Origin: Geosiphon pyriformis uo1
Taxonomy: Eukaryota; Fungi; Glomeromycota
NCBI GenBank assembly: GCA_016748015.1
Contig: JAAOMT010000200.1
Location: 804,984 to 868,983, forward strand
Direction: 5' to 3'
DNA: 64,000 nt
Shown here: piece by piece, positions 37,056 through 50,103 of the stretch
Numbering within the stretch: position 1 is the first letter of the stretch
How the letters are laid out: every line of letters starts with the position of its first letter
Translations under genes and position numbers: made by a program
The notes under the pieces: model-generated
What the model saw: the letters and a program-made list of their open reading frames with translations, nothing else
Told to the model about the DNA's origin: nothing
Databases searched by the model: none

Positions 37056-39280
37056 AATGTCCTAATTGAAGTATTTTACAAATATGTTTAGGAATAAGTG
37101 AAATGCTAGTTAAAATATTTAAAGCATAAAACAGATATCAAATTTTGATTACTTCTTGGCGTTCTGGAAGCAAATAGGATGCATGTACCAATCTTTTAAA
37201 CTTTTTATAGGGTGTATAAACCGTCGGGGAATACAAATGTAGTTTGTATAAAAATTTTTCGATGCAAGCTTTTTATTTATATAAATATCTAAAACTTGGT
37301 TTTATTGGATTTAAAGATTAATTCGCAACCCGAGAGAGATTAAAGGTTATTCTTGTATTTTTTAACTCTAGCTCAAACTAAGGTATCAAAGATGTTTTTA
37401 ACATTTATCATAGTTAATTTCAAAATTTAGTATTTTCAGATTTTGGGTTGTTTTTGAATAAATTTTTTTAATTAGTGAAATACAAGAAAACTGCGCTGCG
37501 GGATTTTTATTTCGAATTATTTCATAAAGAGCAAAGTTATCGGCCGATTTAAATAATCAAGACTATTTTCTAGGTTCTAAAAATAAACCAAGTATTGTTC
37601 GACTCTTTCTATTCAACATATCTCAAACCCCAAATTTTAGAAGATAAAATTTTTAGGAAACAACAAAATACTACATTCGCATATTATTATCAAAGAATTT
37701 GGGCAAATTTCTGCAAGTAAATCAAATTGAGAATCTGTTGAATTATTTATATATCCAAGAATTTCAAACACAGGGACGAATTATTTTCAAATTTCAAAAA
37801 TGTTTTTTGCATTATTTATTGATGATACGCAGAACCTCTGCTCCCTTTATCAAGAAATATTTAAAATCAAAATGAACAGACGGACAAAAAATTAGGACGG
37901 TTTTTTCGACACCGGAAAATTTTTCAAAGATTGTAGTAATACTAACAACCTTAAAATTGCACCCGCATGGTTCCTTTTAATCACAAAAGATATTCGTCTT
38001 TGCTTAATTTATTATTCAATTAAAGAGAGACTTGAAAATTCGAAGCGTATACACAAATGGAACGAATGTTATACGGTAAAAATGCTCAAAAAAAGGTATG
38101 TCCGCTGCAAAATTGTGCGCATGACTGATGAAGCATATGGAAACCAATGATAATGACAGCCAAAGAAGCAATATTCTGAGAAGATAACGTTCCAATTCAC
38201 AAGTGCAAGCTTGTGAAAGAACTCCAACTTAATCTTGGAATTGTGGCTTACTAATGGCCTTCACAATACCCGATCTTAGTCCAAAAGAAAATATTTGGAG
38301 GGAAGTTAAAAATTGGATTAACCAAAACCAAAAGCCATGAACAGAAGCTGACTTGGAGGAGGCAGTCTTTACTGGATGGAATGCTATTCCATAAAAGACA
38401 ATCCTTTAAGTTATTGACTCGATGCTAAAATGTGCTAAAAAAGAAATGATCATGCAACCCATTGATAAATGAATAATAAAGTTGTAGCGAAAAAGTTACT
38501 TGTATTACATAAAAATAATCCTCATATTTTTTAACTTGAAAAATTCGTCTAAAATTTGTGTCACCGTCTCTAGTGAAAATTATGTAATTCATTTTGGAGC
38601 AAGGTTGATTATTTTTATTTGTGAAAGGATCTTTGTATAATCCAAATTTAAATTAAGATTCAGGTTTTCCCGTTAAATCAAGCATCAATTAGATTTGCCA
38701 ATTATATCTAATAAATAAAATAAAATAAAATAAAATAATCATTGCTTTCCAGAAAACGAATGTTTAAAAGTGGTCAAAGCGATGTTTTTTAGGGTTCAAA
38801 TATAAATAAAAGCCAAAACAGGTACATGAGCTCTGTCTTTGATGATTATATTGTGAAGAATGCCAGAAAACTTCCATTAAATAAAACGAATAAAGGAACC
38901 TCTTTTAAAAACACTTTGCAAGCTCTTATTCAATATTTTTGGCTTTAGAAAATAATTTTTTATTTTATTGCTTCTTAAATGTCACTGAGCATTAATATAC
39001 ATGTATTTTCTTGAAACGAAATATCCAGGCGGATAACAAAACAAACCATTTCATTTTCAATTAAAAATACGAACGACTTTTACAATTCAATTTCTATTTT
39101 TACGGAGGGAAAGAACGTTCTATCAAAATTTTATGAGCAACTAGGGCAGCTGGCAAATGATTCGGTAAAAAAAAAAATATCTCGTCAACCAAAATGAGAG
39201 TGACAGATTTTCTGGACGAACATACCACCCACCAAATTTGGCACAGGTAATCTCTTTAATTTGCATTTAGTTGATTTTAG
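37056..39280. repeat. Segment A': inverted duplicate of 6310-8908
   Basis: See segment A. It starts ~45 bp after the hAT right terminus. Confidence 0.93.
37877..38570 (+). mobile_element. Tc1 remnant (same insertion as 7030-8097, internally deleted)
   Basis: DNVPIHKCKLVKELQLNLGIVAY*WPSQY/PDLSPKENIW gives D-34-E spacing after one frameshift correction. TIR-like ends CAGACGGACAAAAAATTAGGACG and CGTCTAAAATTTGTGTCACCGTCTC followed by TA. Confidence 0.82.
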
Positions 39281-41176
39281 TGAAGTAATTTAGAGAATGC
39301 TTCTTATGATCTTATCTATGGTTTAAATGATGTGCCATCTAAATTTGTCAACAGGGAAGTATAAAATGTGATTGAAATTACACAGATAAAATCCATCGCA
39401 AAAACCATTCATTTTCTGCCAATCAAAAGAAAGGTTATCTTACCATCCCTATTTGAGTAAAATTTGGGGGACAAAAGTTAATATACTTCTCAAATATAGT
39501 TTACAAAACCAAATTATTATTGGCTTTTAATTTAATTATTCAATATCATTTCTAGCCCAACGATCAAAAAAAATGAGAGCCTCATACTTTTTAAAATTCC
39601 TTTGAAAGACTTTTCAAAAAATTAATTAAAAATCTTTAGTAATTTAATGTTTGCCAACAAGGTCCTTGAAAAACATGTGAATCTAGCGCAATGTTGAACA
39701 AAAATTTAATTAAACTCTCAATATGAATTTCTAGTCGATGTTTCTTTCGAGTTTTCTATTGATCACTGATGATTGCAAAAAATCCAACGATTTAAAGAGG
39801 CTCAAAAATTAAAATATTTCTCAAAAAAGACAATTTTATTTCAAAATTGATTCTTTCTATAATCTTTGTATCTGTATAAATTATTCCCAAATATACCAAA
39901 AGCTTTACAATCAATTTTTTACAAACTTTAAATTTCAAAGAAATGTTACAAATAATTAAACCTCAAAAAACTAAAAACTAAAAATCTATTTTATTTAAAA
40001 ATATAAAGCTTTATGGGGACAAAATCATAAAACCATGTTGTCAATTCCAAAAACTTATTTTTAAAAAATTTCAACAAAACAAATAATAATGTTCAATTCA
40101 AAACAGCAGTTTGATTTATTCGTATAAAATCAATTTTAGATTTGAAACAAAACCTGAAATAATTTTAAATTCAGAATTAGTTTTTATTTTTGTAATTTTG
40201 TCTTAAATAAATTAAGTGAATTATATCTATAAAATATAAATATTAAATTGAACAAGAATTGTGTCTTATAAACATTTTTGATTCCACTATTTTGATTTTC
40301 AAATACATATTGAGAGTGTTAAATAATGTATATTTTAGATATGAAAATACCTGTCGAAATTAGGCCCATTTCTGAATTAATACAAGTAGGTTAGGTTTCA
40401 TGGCTTGAATAATTACATTCTGGTTATCTTGAATCCCGTTTTATTTTGATACCCAGTGATTCCCCTGAGCAACATAGTACCATTTGATCACGAGATAAGT
40501 AACTCCAAATGTGAATTTGATTACTACAATATCTATTTGCTATGATGGAATAATATAACTAACATTCTATGTTCCTTGCGGGCTTCATATACCTCAAGAA
40601 TGTAAATATTCGAAAGGAACGAAAACCTGCCTTAGAAATTCAAAGAAATTAATTCAAATTAAGGGGCTATATCATAAATGACCATCCTCTTTAATAAAAA
40701 AACGAGTTGAAATGAGTAAATTAATAATAGATTCAAACAGAAAATAATCAAATTCAATGATTGAAATATCTTTAATTTTAAAACAGCAAGGTGTAAATCA
40801 AATGCTACCAGGATATTGCTGGCAAACTAATCAAAGAAATTCAAGGTTTATTTTCTTACCATATTGACAAAATCAAACATGATTAAGAAAACAGGTGCGA
40901 AAAGAAAGTAATGAATCATCTTATTATTTTGAGGAAGAATTTGGTTATTTTAATTAACATCGAGAGTAGATTTTTTCGTTCAGAGAATTCAGTAAATTTA
41001 AAAAGCAAAAAAATAATTACCTATTTTTAGAATCAGAGCCAACAATTTTCCAGTTTAACTTCATTTTGATCGATCTGTCTTCCTAAAATTTCTTTTAATT
41101 TTCAAAATTCGATATACCATTTTAGATAATGTGAGATTAAGGATGGCTAAAAAGAGAAGAGAATTTTATCTTACTT

Positions 41177-41572
41177 TCAATACATATCATCAATCACAAT
41201 ATCCTTATTGCTAAGTGCTCTGAAAAACTTTTGCGTTAACTCCTTTTGTTCATCCCGTGCCGCTTTCCGATAGTATTTTATGGCCTGGTGAAGATCTTTC
41301 TGAGTACCATGCCCATAGACGAAAATTTTCGACAAAAATTTTTCAGCTACAAGATCCCCCTGACCAGAGGCACGGTGAAAACAACGAAATGCTCTTATGC
41401 TATCGTGATCATTGCCAAGACCCCAATAATATCGGCATCCTGAAAGACACCATTGAACAGTAGTCATTCGTGATCGATGAGCAGCCTTTGCTTCAGGGTC
41501 TTTTGATAAATCTCCTTTTCTCTTGGACATTTTAGGATGGTATGAGAATTCAATAAAATTGTTATCGATCAT
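41177..41572 (-). CDS. Small Sel1-repeat protein (2 repeats); start may be ATG 41530
   Basis: LSGCRYYWGLGNDHDSIRAFRCFHRASGQG and AEKFLSKIFVYGHGTQKDLHQAIKYYRKAA fit the Sel1 consensus LGxxYxxGxGVxxDxxxAxxWYxKAA. Confidence 0.8.
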   Translation of the reverse strand: MIDNNFIEFSYHPKMSKRKGDLSKDPEAKAAHRSRMTTVQWCLSGCRYYWGLGNDHDSIRAFRCFHRASGQGDLVAEKFLSKIFVYGHGTQKDLHQAIKYYRKAARDEQKELTQKFFRALSNKDIVIDDMY

Positions 41573-44048
41573 GCTTTTATAATAAAAACTGGGGTAAGAT
41601 CATCAACATGATTCCAAAATGTGTAATATCAATCACTAGCCTATCTTGAATCTCACAGGGACCTCAAAATCTTTGGTCGTTTTTACCTTTGCAGGTAAAT
41701 ACTTTACAACATTTAAGGCAAAAAAGTTAATTAACATGTATTTATTAAGATTCAGAACCTAATTTCTTTGTTGTATGAACAAAGCGTATTATTATTTTGA
41801 AATCAATAAAATTTATTATTGAAAGTTATATGAATTTATTATAACAAATTGGGAAATTTATTATATTTTTAGGTTTTAATTCAATCAATCTTTGATATTT
41901 TAGATTACAAATTATTTGTGTTTATAAATACAATAAACATAGCATATATAATCACAAATTGCTTAGTCCTCAAATAATTGCTAATTTACATAGTCATTTA
42001 AAACTTATGATAGAAAAATTTATTATTATATAAAAATTTAAGGTAAGAGTTAAAATTAAAAAAAATCAAATATTAAAAAAAAATAATTAATAAAAAGCTT
42101 TTAAAAGCAGTCTGCTTATATTTTATATTTCTTTAGGAGGGATGAAAGTGGTGAGAAGAACAAAATTTAATGAGTCTCGGCGATTAGGGAGGGTATAATA
42201 TAGCGGTTTATTTTAGTAATATGCATGAACTTAACGGGGTAAAATATAAATTTTTTAAAGATGTTAAAAAGTATATATTCCCAGATCCAAACCTTCCAGC
42301 CTTCTTTCATTAATTCACCTAGTACATCGAGCTTGTTCTATTGAAAACCTTCAAAGCTATAGTCCAGACAATCGGAAACTCAGAGGTGAAGATTGATGGT
42401 ATACTTGATGATATTTTCGTCAGACTCATTGGCGTAAAATTCCGAAGAATCTCTAATATCTATTCACTGTAATAAAATAAGAAGAAACTGTCTAAAGAGA
42501 CTGGACAGCTTGGCTCAAACAAAAAAGACAGTATGTCTAGTTACATCACACTTTTGAGCTGGGGTTTTGAGATGATTTATGTTCTATCCATGTTTTATTA
42601 ATAACATCCACAAAAGATTCAATTAAACAGTAAAGAATTGGGTAAGTTATTTAATGTGATAAAATATAATTTTAGACTGTTTGCTTTATTTTAGGTAGCA
42701 GAAGTTGATGGTTGATTTTTTCAAAAGTGCAATTTATTTCAATTTAAGCTTTACTTGTGATTTTCTGTAGAAGAATTCGTGTAAAAGGATTAAAGTGGTA
42801 AGTAGAAGTTAACAGATTTTTAATTTATTCGCATTGCAACTTTCTTATTTGATAATGTGGAAAGGTTGTGAGATTCTAATACACATTAAATTATTTTCTA
42901 ATTACAAGTTATAAGAGCAAAAGGCATCATATTTTTTGTCCCATAATTATAGCGCAAACATCAGCAGCTATGACGTCTCAGACAAACAATGACAGAAACC
43001 ATACTGCTTGATTCCCCATCATTAGAGTATACCTTTTTTCCCTTTCACAAGGCCTTAAGTCATATATTTCTTCAAAAAAGCCCGCAAGTATTATGACAAA
43101 GGTTGCCAAGGTAGTGACAATTTTTCAATCGCGTTTTGCTAAAATCTATAGGTATTATACTTTCAGATTGCATACGAACAATAGGACTCTGGATGACGTC
43201 GAGCCGATGTTAAAATACCGATGAAGAGTTCCAAGAAATAATATTCATACAAAACTATATATGTTCATGAAGTCACAGCGCCAACATCTATCAAGCTTGT
43301 TTACCAAAAAATAACCACATTGAAGACATATTTACAATAATTGTGGAATAGTGGGCATGTATAATAAAATTTAAAGTGTGGGGTATCAAATAGACAGAAG
43401 TCTATATTATTCTGTTTGAATTCACAGGGCAAACAAAAAATCAGGTCATCTGCTTAAATAAATAAACGATTGACCACATTTTTAGTGGTGCAAAAACCTA
43501 ATTACGACATGACTTTTAAAATCTTGTGAACAAAAAAGCAACTCGATACTCTGACCCAAAATATTTTATTCTTCAATGAAGATAACAAGAAAAGACCCTT
43601 TAATAATTTTATGATAGAAGCAATTTAACAATCATAAGTATTTTGTATTTAATATTCAATATTTAATATTTATTTTCAAGTTACAATTCAAAATCCAAAA
43701 TCATTATTTTTTTTTATTAATATGAAAAAAATTTTATATTTTATCTAACTTCAAATTTAATAAAAACATACAAGAAAAATTATTTACAGATTTGTTAATA
43801 ATTTTGATAGTCTGAAAAAATATAATTAAAAGAAAAAATTATAGATTATACTTTTGCATTGATTACTCATTATTTTATATGAAACATATTAAACTGAAGA
43901 AACAACAGAAAATAAAACACTCGGAGGCTGTGGAATGATTGTAGAAAATTTTAGGCGAATTTCTAATTTTGTAGCCCTTCTAAATAATCTAAAACTCTTT
44001 TTATAAATTCGTTTTAACTTAAAATTAGGTGTTATATATTTATTAATT

Positions 44049-44645
44049 CTAAAATTTTTCTAATTTTTTTAATAAAGTGATTGAAGATGTAGTCGCGAAT
44101 ATATATCTATCTAAAATGTCAAAGTTCTCATTAGATAATGAAGTGACAACTTTTCTATGAGATTTTATTGCAGCATGAATGTCTTTATTAACTCCTCGTT
44201 CAAATGTATAACAGTAGCCAAGAAATCTATTTGCAACATTACTCCCTTTCTCGCCGGCATTTTTGAAGCAACAATACGCATTTAAAGAATCAGTTTCTGT
44301 TCCAATAGCACAGTAGTACATACAACCAAAAAGTGCGATTTCATCTGTCGTTTTATTGGGTTTTCTTAAGTATTGAATTAATTGTTTTCTTTCAATTTGG
44401 TATTTATGGAATAATCCAAGAAGGTGAAAGTAAGTCCAAAGCTGGGGTGTTTGACATCCGTATCGAGAGAATTGTTTCAAAATATTTTGAAGATTTTCAA
44501 GGTTTAATTCTTGTTTTGTCATTGTTAGATTTGAATTTTGTGAAGAGAAAAATTTTTGGAATGATATGGTTTTATTAGTTCTAAGAAGAGGCTCAGAAAA
44601 AATGATTCGTTCGGATATGGCGCTATACTCCTGCATCATGTGCAA
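44049..44645 (-). CDS. Sel1-repeat protein (2 degenerate repeats)
   Basis: LFGCMYYCAIGTETDSLNAYCCFKNAGEKG and ANRFLGYCYTFERGVNKDIHAAIKSHRK. Start codon uncertain. Confidence 0.75.
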   Translation of the reverse strand: MHMMQEYSAISERIIFSEPLLRTNKTISFQKFFSSQNSNLTMTKQELNLENLQNILKQFSRYGCQTPQLWTYFHLLGLFHKYQIERKQLIQYLRKPNKTTDEIALFGCMYYCAIGTETDSLNAYCCFKNAGEKGSNVANRFLGYCYTFERGVNKDIHAAIKSHRKVVTSLSNENFDILDRYIFATTSSITLLKKLEKF

Positions 44646-45277
44646 TTATAGTATATGACAACCTTACATTGAGTTACTAAATAAAGCGAAATAATCGGAC
44701 GATTTCGGGGAGATATAGGGTTTTTAATGGTTCATATAAAATGAGCTACCCAGCCAAAATTAAAAATAATTAGCCTTAGCTTCTTAAATCAGGATTTTTA
44801 ACTTTTTTTGGTAACAAGCCGAATGAGTACAAAAAAGCAAAAGGAAATTATAGAAATTTTGAAAGCGGGAAATTAGAGATTTGGTCAATATATGCTAAAA
44901 ATTATCAGCCTTTATTTTTAACTACAAATCACGACCAATCTTTTCGGTTGACCGCATTACTGGATAATGAAAACAGTGGACCAATCATACAATTTACCAC
45001 GAGAATAAAAGAAACTACATGTGTTTTTGTTCAAATGAATACATATAAGTGTTTTTGAAGAAGGGTACTAAGAAATAATATACTGAGCATATAGCTGATT
45101 TTTTCACATAAATAAAAAACGACCTGAACAAACCTTACTATTTTAAATCATGTCGAATAATGAAAAATATGTATCACTATTGTGGAAAATATATCATGGA
45201 AATATTAAAATAGGCAAGAAATCTAAAGATTAACATGAAATTTTTATTCCAAATTTGAATGTCAAGTACATTTATTT

Positions 45278-45280
45278 ATT

Positions 45281-45312
<32 letters not shown>

Positions 45313-45313
45313 T
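45278..45313. repeat. (TTTC)n microsatellite
   Basis: Read directly. Confidence 0.9.
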
Positions 45314-46118
45314 AACATATGTAATTTGGTTCACACTCATAAAATGGGCATTTTTGGATCCAAAAAAGCTTATAAGAAGAAAAGTTTTGATCCTTACAAA
45401 AATAGTTATAATAATAATATTTAAATGTTTATTTTCCAGTTTTTGTAAATTTCAGAAACCAATAAAAAAATATAAAATATCCAAATAGAAATGATTCTTT
45501 ATTAAATAAAAAGTTTATTAACCATTTCCCATTTTAAAAATTCAATTTTAAACCTAATTCTAATTTTTTGTTCAAAAGATTTTAATTATTGGTATTTATT
45601 TATTTTTTATGTTTAACCTAAAGATGATATCATTAGTAAAATTTGTAAGATTTATTTTTGTACGGGAAATTTTTCTACATAAAACGAAATAAATTTATTT
45701 CAAAAAAGACTAAATCCAAACATAATTAATATTGCAAAACTAAATAAGACTCTTAAGCAAAGGGTTTTGATACTTTAACTATAATAATCCTTCAAAGATG
45801 ACAGGAAAGTAACAAACTGAAATTTTTGCCGCCATAAACTTTTTAACTTCAAACTTTTTTCATCTGCTGAGAATAATAAATGTCTCATTAAGCTAGGCAA
45901 AATAATTTTAATTTTCAGGGTTTCTCTATTTGCAATTTTGAAATTCTAATTAAAAATAACAGAATATATATTCAATTTCCCAAACTTTTACATGGGATAG
46001 ATTTTTTTGTAAAATAAGGTTTTTGTGCGCTGTTACTCAATGATGATCCCTGCATAAAAGTATAAATAAGATGGTACCCAGTTTTATTGTATGAAATCTT
46101 TCCAAAAATCCTTCCACC

Positions 46119-47168
46119 ATGTCAGAAATTGAAAGAGTTCCTCTTCTAAATGAAACACATCGCAATGATAATGCTTCTACTATATTTAATCGTCGCAATT
46201 TGCGACAATCAACAATTATTCTTATAGCTATAGGGATTATTTCTTTCGTAATTATTGTTTTTGGAGTCGTTGCTTTATCACACATGTTTGCAAGTGAAGA
46301 TTTTCCTCTGAACCCAGGAATTTCATTAATTCCAAAAGACTATAAATTGCGATTCAGTTCTAGATTTTTGATTAATAACCTTTCTGATTATATCATTGAG
46401 CAACCAACCTCAGTTGATTTTGTACAGCAGAAAAACCCTGAAAATCAAACAGAAGTTAAAAATTATTCGGATGAAATGAATGAAAATCATTCACAAAAAA
46501 CTGTGACCACTAGAAATCCGGACAAAACTTGGGTAGGCGCAGAAATGATTTCAAATAGAATGACATGGAGCTCTTGGGTTTCGGCAAAGTATCAAATTCG
46601 TGAAAAACATAACGATACTACTGGAAATGAGACATATTTTTTAACGGCCAATGCATCCACTAAATTTTGGACCTATTATTCCACTGTTTTTGTTGATTTC
46701 ACATCTACTGATCAACTCGAGGCTGATGATTTTCGAGCTTGTCGATATCAATTGGTTTGGAGGTGGATTGCCAGCGGATCGATTAGTCGTCAATGCCCAA
46801 ATCTTGGTGAAACTAGCTTTCAGCAGGTGTCTTTTGTATCAGGGACTGGCCTGTTTGGTTTAGATTTTTTCGATGTCAGCGGCACGGTTAAATTCGCGGT
46901 AGTAAGTAGACCAGATTTCTCATGGGATGGCTTGCAATCAAGGTGTGTAGTTACCCTTTAGATTTTATCACATAGATTTCTAATAAAAAATTTAATTCGT
47001 CTCGATTCTAATTTTCTAAATTTGTGAAAAATTTACCATAGGCAAATTGTAGTATATCCAGAAGCTTCTTTTTCACCCTTAATACCATCGATTTATACTG
47101 CCTTCAATAATTATTATTATTCAAAAAAAAGCAGTTATAGAAATCGAAAGATTCAGAATAAATCTTAA
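46119..47168 (+). CDS. Type II membrane protein with dileucine motif and a putative tubby-C/LURP-one-like domain, 2 exons (46119-46942, 47042-47168)
   Basis: MSEIERVPLL, TM IILIAIGIISFVIIVFGVVAL, beta-rich domain ending FAVVSRPDFSWDGLQSRQIVVYPEASFSPLIPSIYTAF. Paralogous to 58973-60088 with the same intron position. Confidence 0.82.
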
Positions 47169-47585
47169 CCTGAAAATTCAGCTCCTTAAGTATTTATAAC
47201 CAGTGATTATGTTAACCCAAAGGTACACTAATGAAAATACTTTTTCTGATTATATTTTATATAGTTACACACCCAACTTATGTTTACATTTTATTTTCTT
47301 CATCTTCTTAAAAGACCCCACTAATTATATCGCTTCCAAGAATTGCATGTTTAATTTTAAATTTTAGCTAAATTCATTTAAATTAAAAATCAAGTAATAG
47401 GCATTAAAATCCTCTTTTTGAAACCACAGGTTTAATAAGCAGTGAAACTTCATTTGCTAATGAGATAAACATGAAAATTTAAAAAGAAACACCTCTGAAT
47501 AAAAATTCCTAGGATATTTTGGAAACGCAAAATCTTTTTAATGCTTTTATTTGAACCGATTAAAATTTGTAATATTGAAGCGGAA

Positions 47586-48150
47586 TTATATTGTAAAGGT
47601 TGAATTGTGTTTTTTAAATATTGAAAAATTAATATTTGATAGTAAAATAACGAAAAAGTCAATAATTGCTCGGCTTTCCTTGTTAAGTAATCGATTGATC
47701 AGTTTTTTGAAACATTCGCCCCCATCATCATTTGAGGTTTCAATTAAACCATTCGAACTAGTTGAATGGATAAATAGTCTATTTAGAACAGTACTTCCAG
47801 GAACACTAGCAAGCAATGCAAAAATTTTTCGCTAAAGTATGAAAGACTGGTACATCATCTGGATGAAAGGCGCCCACCACATGCTTCAATCTCTTTTCAT
47901 CTTTCACATCAAGTTTATAATTTCTAATCAAATTTTGAACGAAACCAGACATTAGAGGTGTATCACAAAACTTAGTTCTTGGAACCCCAGGGTATCTAGA
48001 AATTTGTTCAAAAAGTATTGTTCACCATATGACCCGGATCATCTGAATTGATATACACAAAATCTTTTAGTTGCATAAATTTGTTTGCTTTTCGGGATCG
48101 GAAGGATCGACGAAATTATATTCTCGACTGGTTGAGCCTTTAATTTCTGA
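47586..48150 (-). pseudogene. Frameshifted coding remnant, family not recognised
   Basis: Adjacent protein-like frames RYPGVPRTKFCDTPLMSGFVQNLIRNYKLDVKDEKRLKHVVGAFHPDDVPVFHTLAK and LLASVPGSTVLNRLFIHST..., joined by a frameshift in A/T runs. Higher GC than the flanks. Confidence 0.35.
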
Positions 48151-48839
48151 TGAATAACGAGAATAACCATACTTTGATGATTAAATGCTTTTTTATAGTC
48201 TTGCTTATAGATCTCTTAAATTGAATGAATAATCGAGTCAATAATTAAATCAACAGTTTTGTCAATAATCAGATCAATAATTAAATCAATAAAAAAGTCA
48301 ATAATTAAATCAATAAACAAGTTAATGACTAATTCTAAAAATAAAGTGGCTAATATGTATGAAATCAGGGGTTAATACATGATAAAAAAATTGAAATAAA
48401 TACTATGTTAAAGAAAAGAGAAAAATTTAAATTATAACAATATTTATTTAATAAAAAATTAATAGAAAAACCACTTTTTTTTACTTATAAATTTGATTTC
48501 TTCTCTCAAGATGTTGAATATGATAAACTGAAAAACGAAAAAAAAGATTCACAAAAGACAGTTTGAAACATATTAAGTTGGCACATTATCAATTTCAACA
48601 ATATTTAATAACCAAAGCTGAGAAATTGGGAATTCATGCAGGAAATAGTATTTGTACTTATTATTGATATATTACAATCCATCCGTCCAAGAAAAATTTA
48701 TTAAATTAAATCTTTCGTATCACATAATAACTTCTAGTTTAAACAATATTACCATTCTATAACATGACTAAGTCTGTAAAAATTTCGTGTCTGATTACTA
48801 GTTTTTTTTATCTAAAATTCTGTGTGAAAATGTCAACTT

Positions 48840-49200
48840 TCGCAAAAGAAACCCAACGCCGAACCATATTACATTTGTGGAACGAAATTGTGCGGGATAA
48901 AAACGCGGGCAATATCTCCCCCTTTCTACAAGGAAGGTAAAACAAGTTTATTTCTGTTTTTTACTAGAATAGTGAATGGCAAATTTTATGTAGAAATCCT
49001 TCGTACTCATTTACCTGAAATGAGACGAAAACCAGGAAGTAGGTGGCGATTTCAACAAGACAATAATTCTAAACATAAAAGTCAGTCCTAATTTAGATCC
49101 TATCGAAAATATGTGGAGCATTGTTAAAAGTAATATGAAAAACGAATGCCGAAAAATTTAGAATTAGAACAATTCATTCAGGATATTCCCCGATCGTGTA
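48840..49200 (+). mobile_element. Tc1/IS630 transposase fragment (different family from the 7 kb and 38 kb element)
   Basis: FYVEILRTHLPEM...WRFQQDNNSKHKS, then after a deletion SPNLDPIENMWSIVK...KRMPKN, matching DDE_3 motifs. Confidence 0.85.
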
Positions 49201-50103
49201 TCTTATTAAAAAATATTCTAAAATTTTGTCGTCCTGTTTGTCGAACATCTTTTGAGAATATCAGCGCAAAAAATACTTTAATTTTAAGTGTTTTTTTTTT
49301 TGTAAAATTCACTCGAAATTAATAACTACTTTTTTTATATTGGTTTTATTTACAGAGATTGAAATAATGAGAAATTTTTATTAAAATTTATTCAAGTGAA
49401 GGATTCTCAGATGAAGCGAATAAATTCATTCACTAAAAGTTTATTCTAAAAAAATAAAATATCTTTATATGTTAAAATAAAACTGACAACTGCAATTGAT
49501 TATTAATTTATTGTTAATAATGTCTTTTATTTCGATAATGTGTTGCTTCAGATATCTTTTATGTCGAATTTAAATTTAAATTTTTATCAAACTAAAATTT
49601 TCAACTTCACTACCCTATTAATTACACGATAAGAAATCAAATTTTGATTACCACTTTAAATTTAATCACGAAATATTTTTTACAAGAATTATCAATATCA
49701 GCAGTTTACCTTTAGATACCAAATTAAAAAAAGATAAATCCTCTCTACACTAAATTGTTTCTGACGATTAACGATTTCTGGGATCTAATCTAAATTTAGA
49801 AATTCTATGCCTTGAATTACATTTATTCTAATTCTAACCATATCCTTATCTAATTTAGACCAATTTTTGCACAACAGAAATTTTAAAAACTTCTGATAAG
49901 GATTGAATGAACCAATCACCTACAAGTAATTTTAAAATGCTCCTAATCGAGAAAAGATATCTCCTTTCAATCTATTCGAGAGGAGTAAAAGTACAATATA
50001 CTCGAATATATATAGATATGCCTCTTGAAATAAATGATAAAAGGCTACAGGTTAAAATCTTTTTTGTTTTTTATATCTGTAAAAGTTCTAATTCTCAGTG
50101 AAA

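Noticed and set aside
42280-43340. Moderately GC-rich stretch with short protein-like frames
   Set aside because: Frequent stops in all frames and no recognisable motif.
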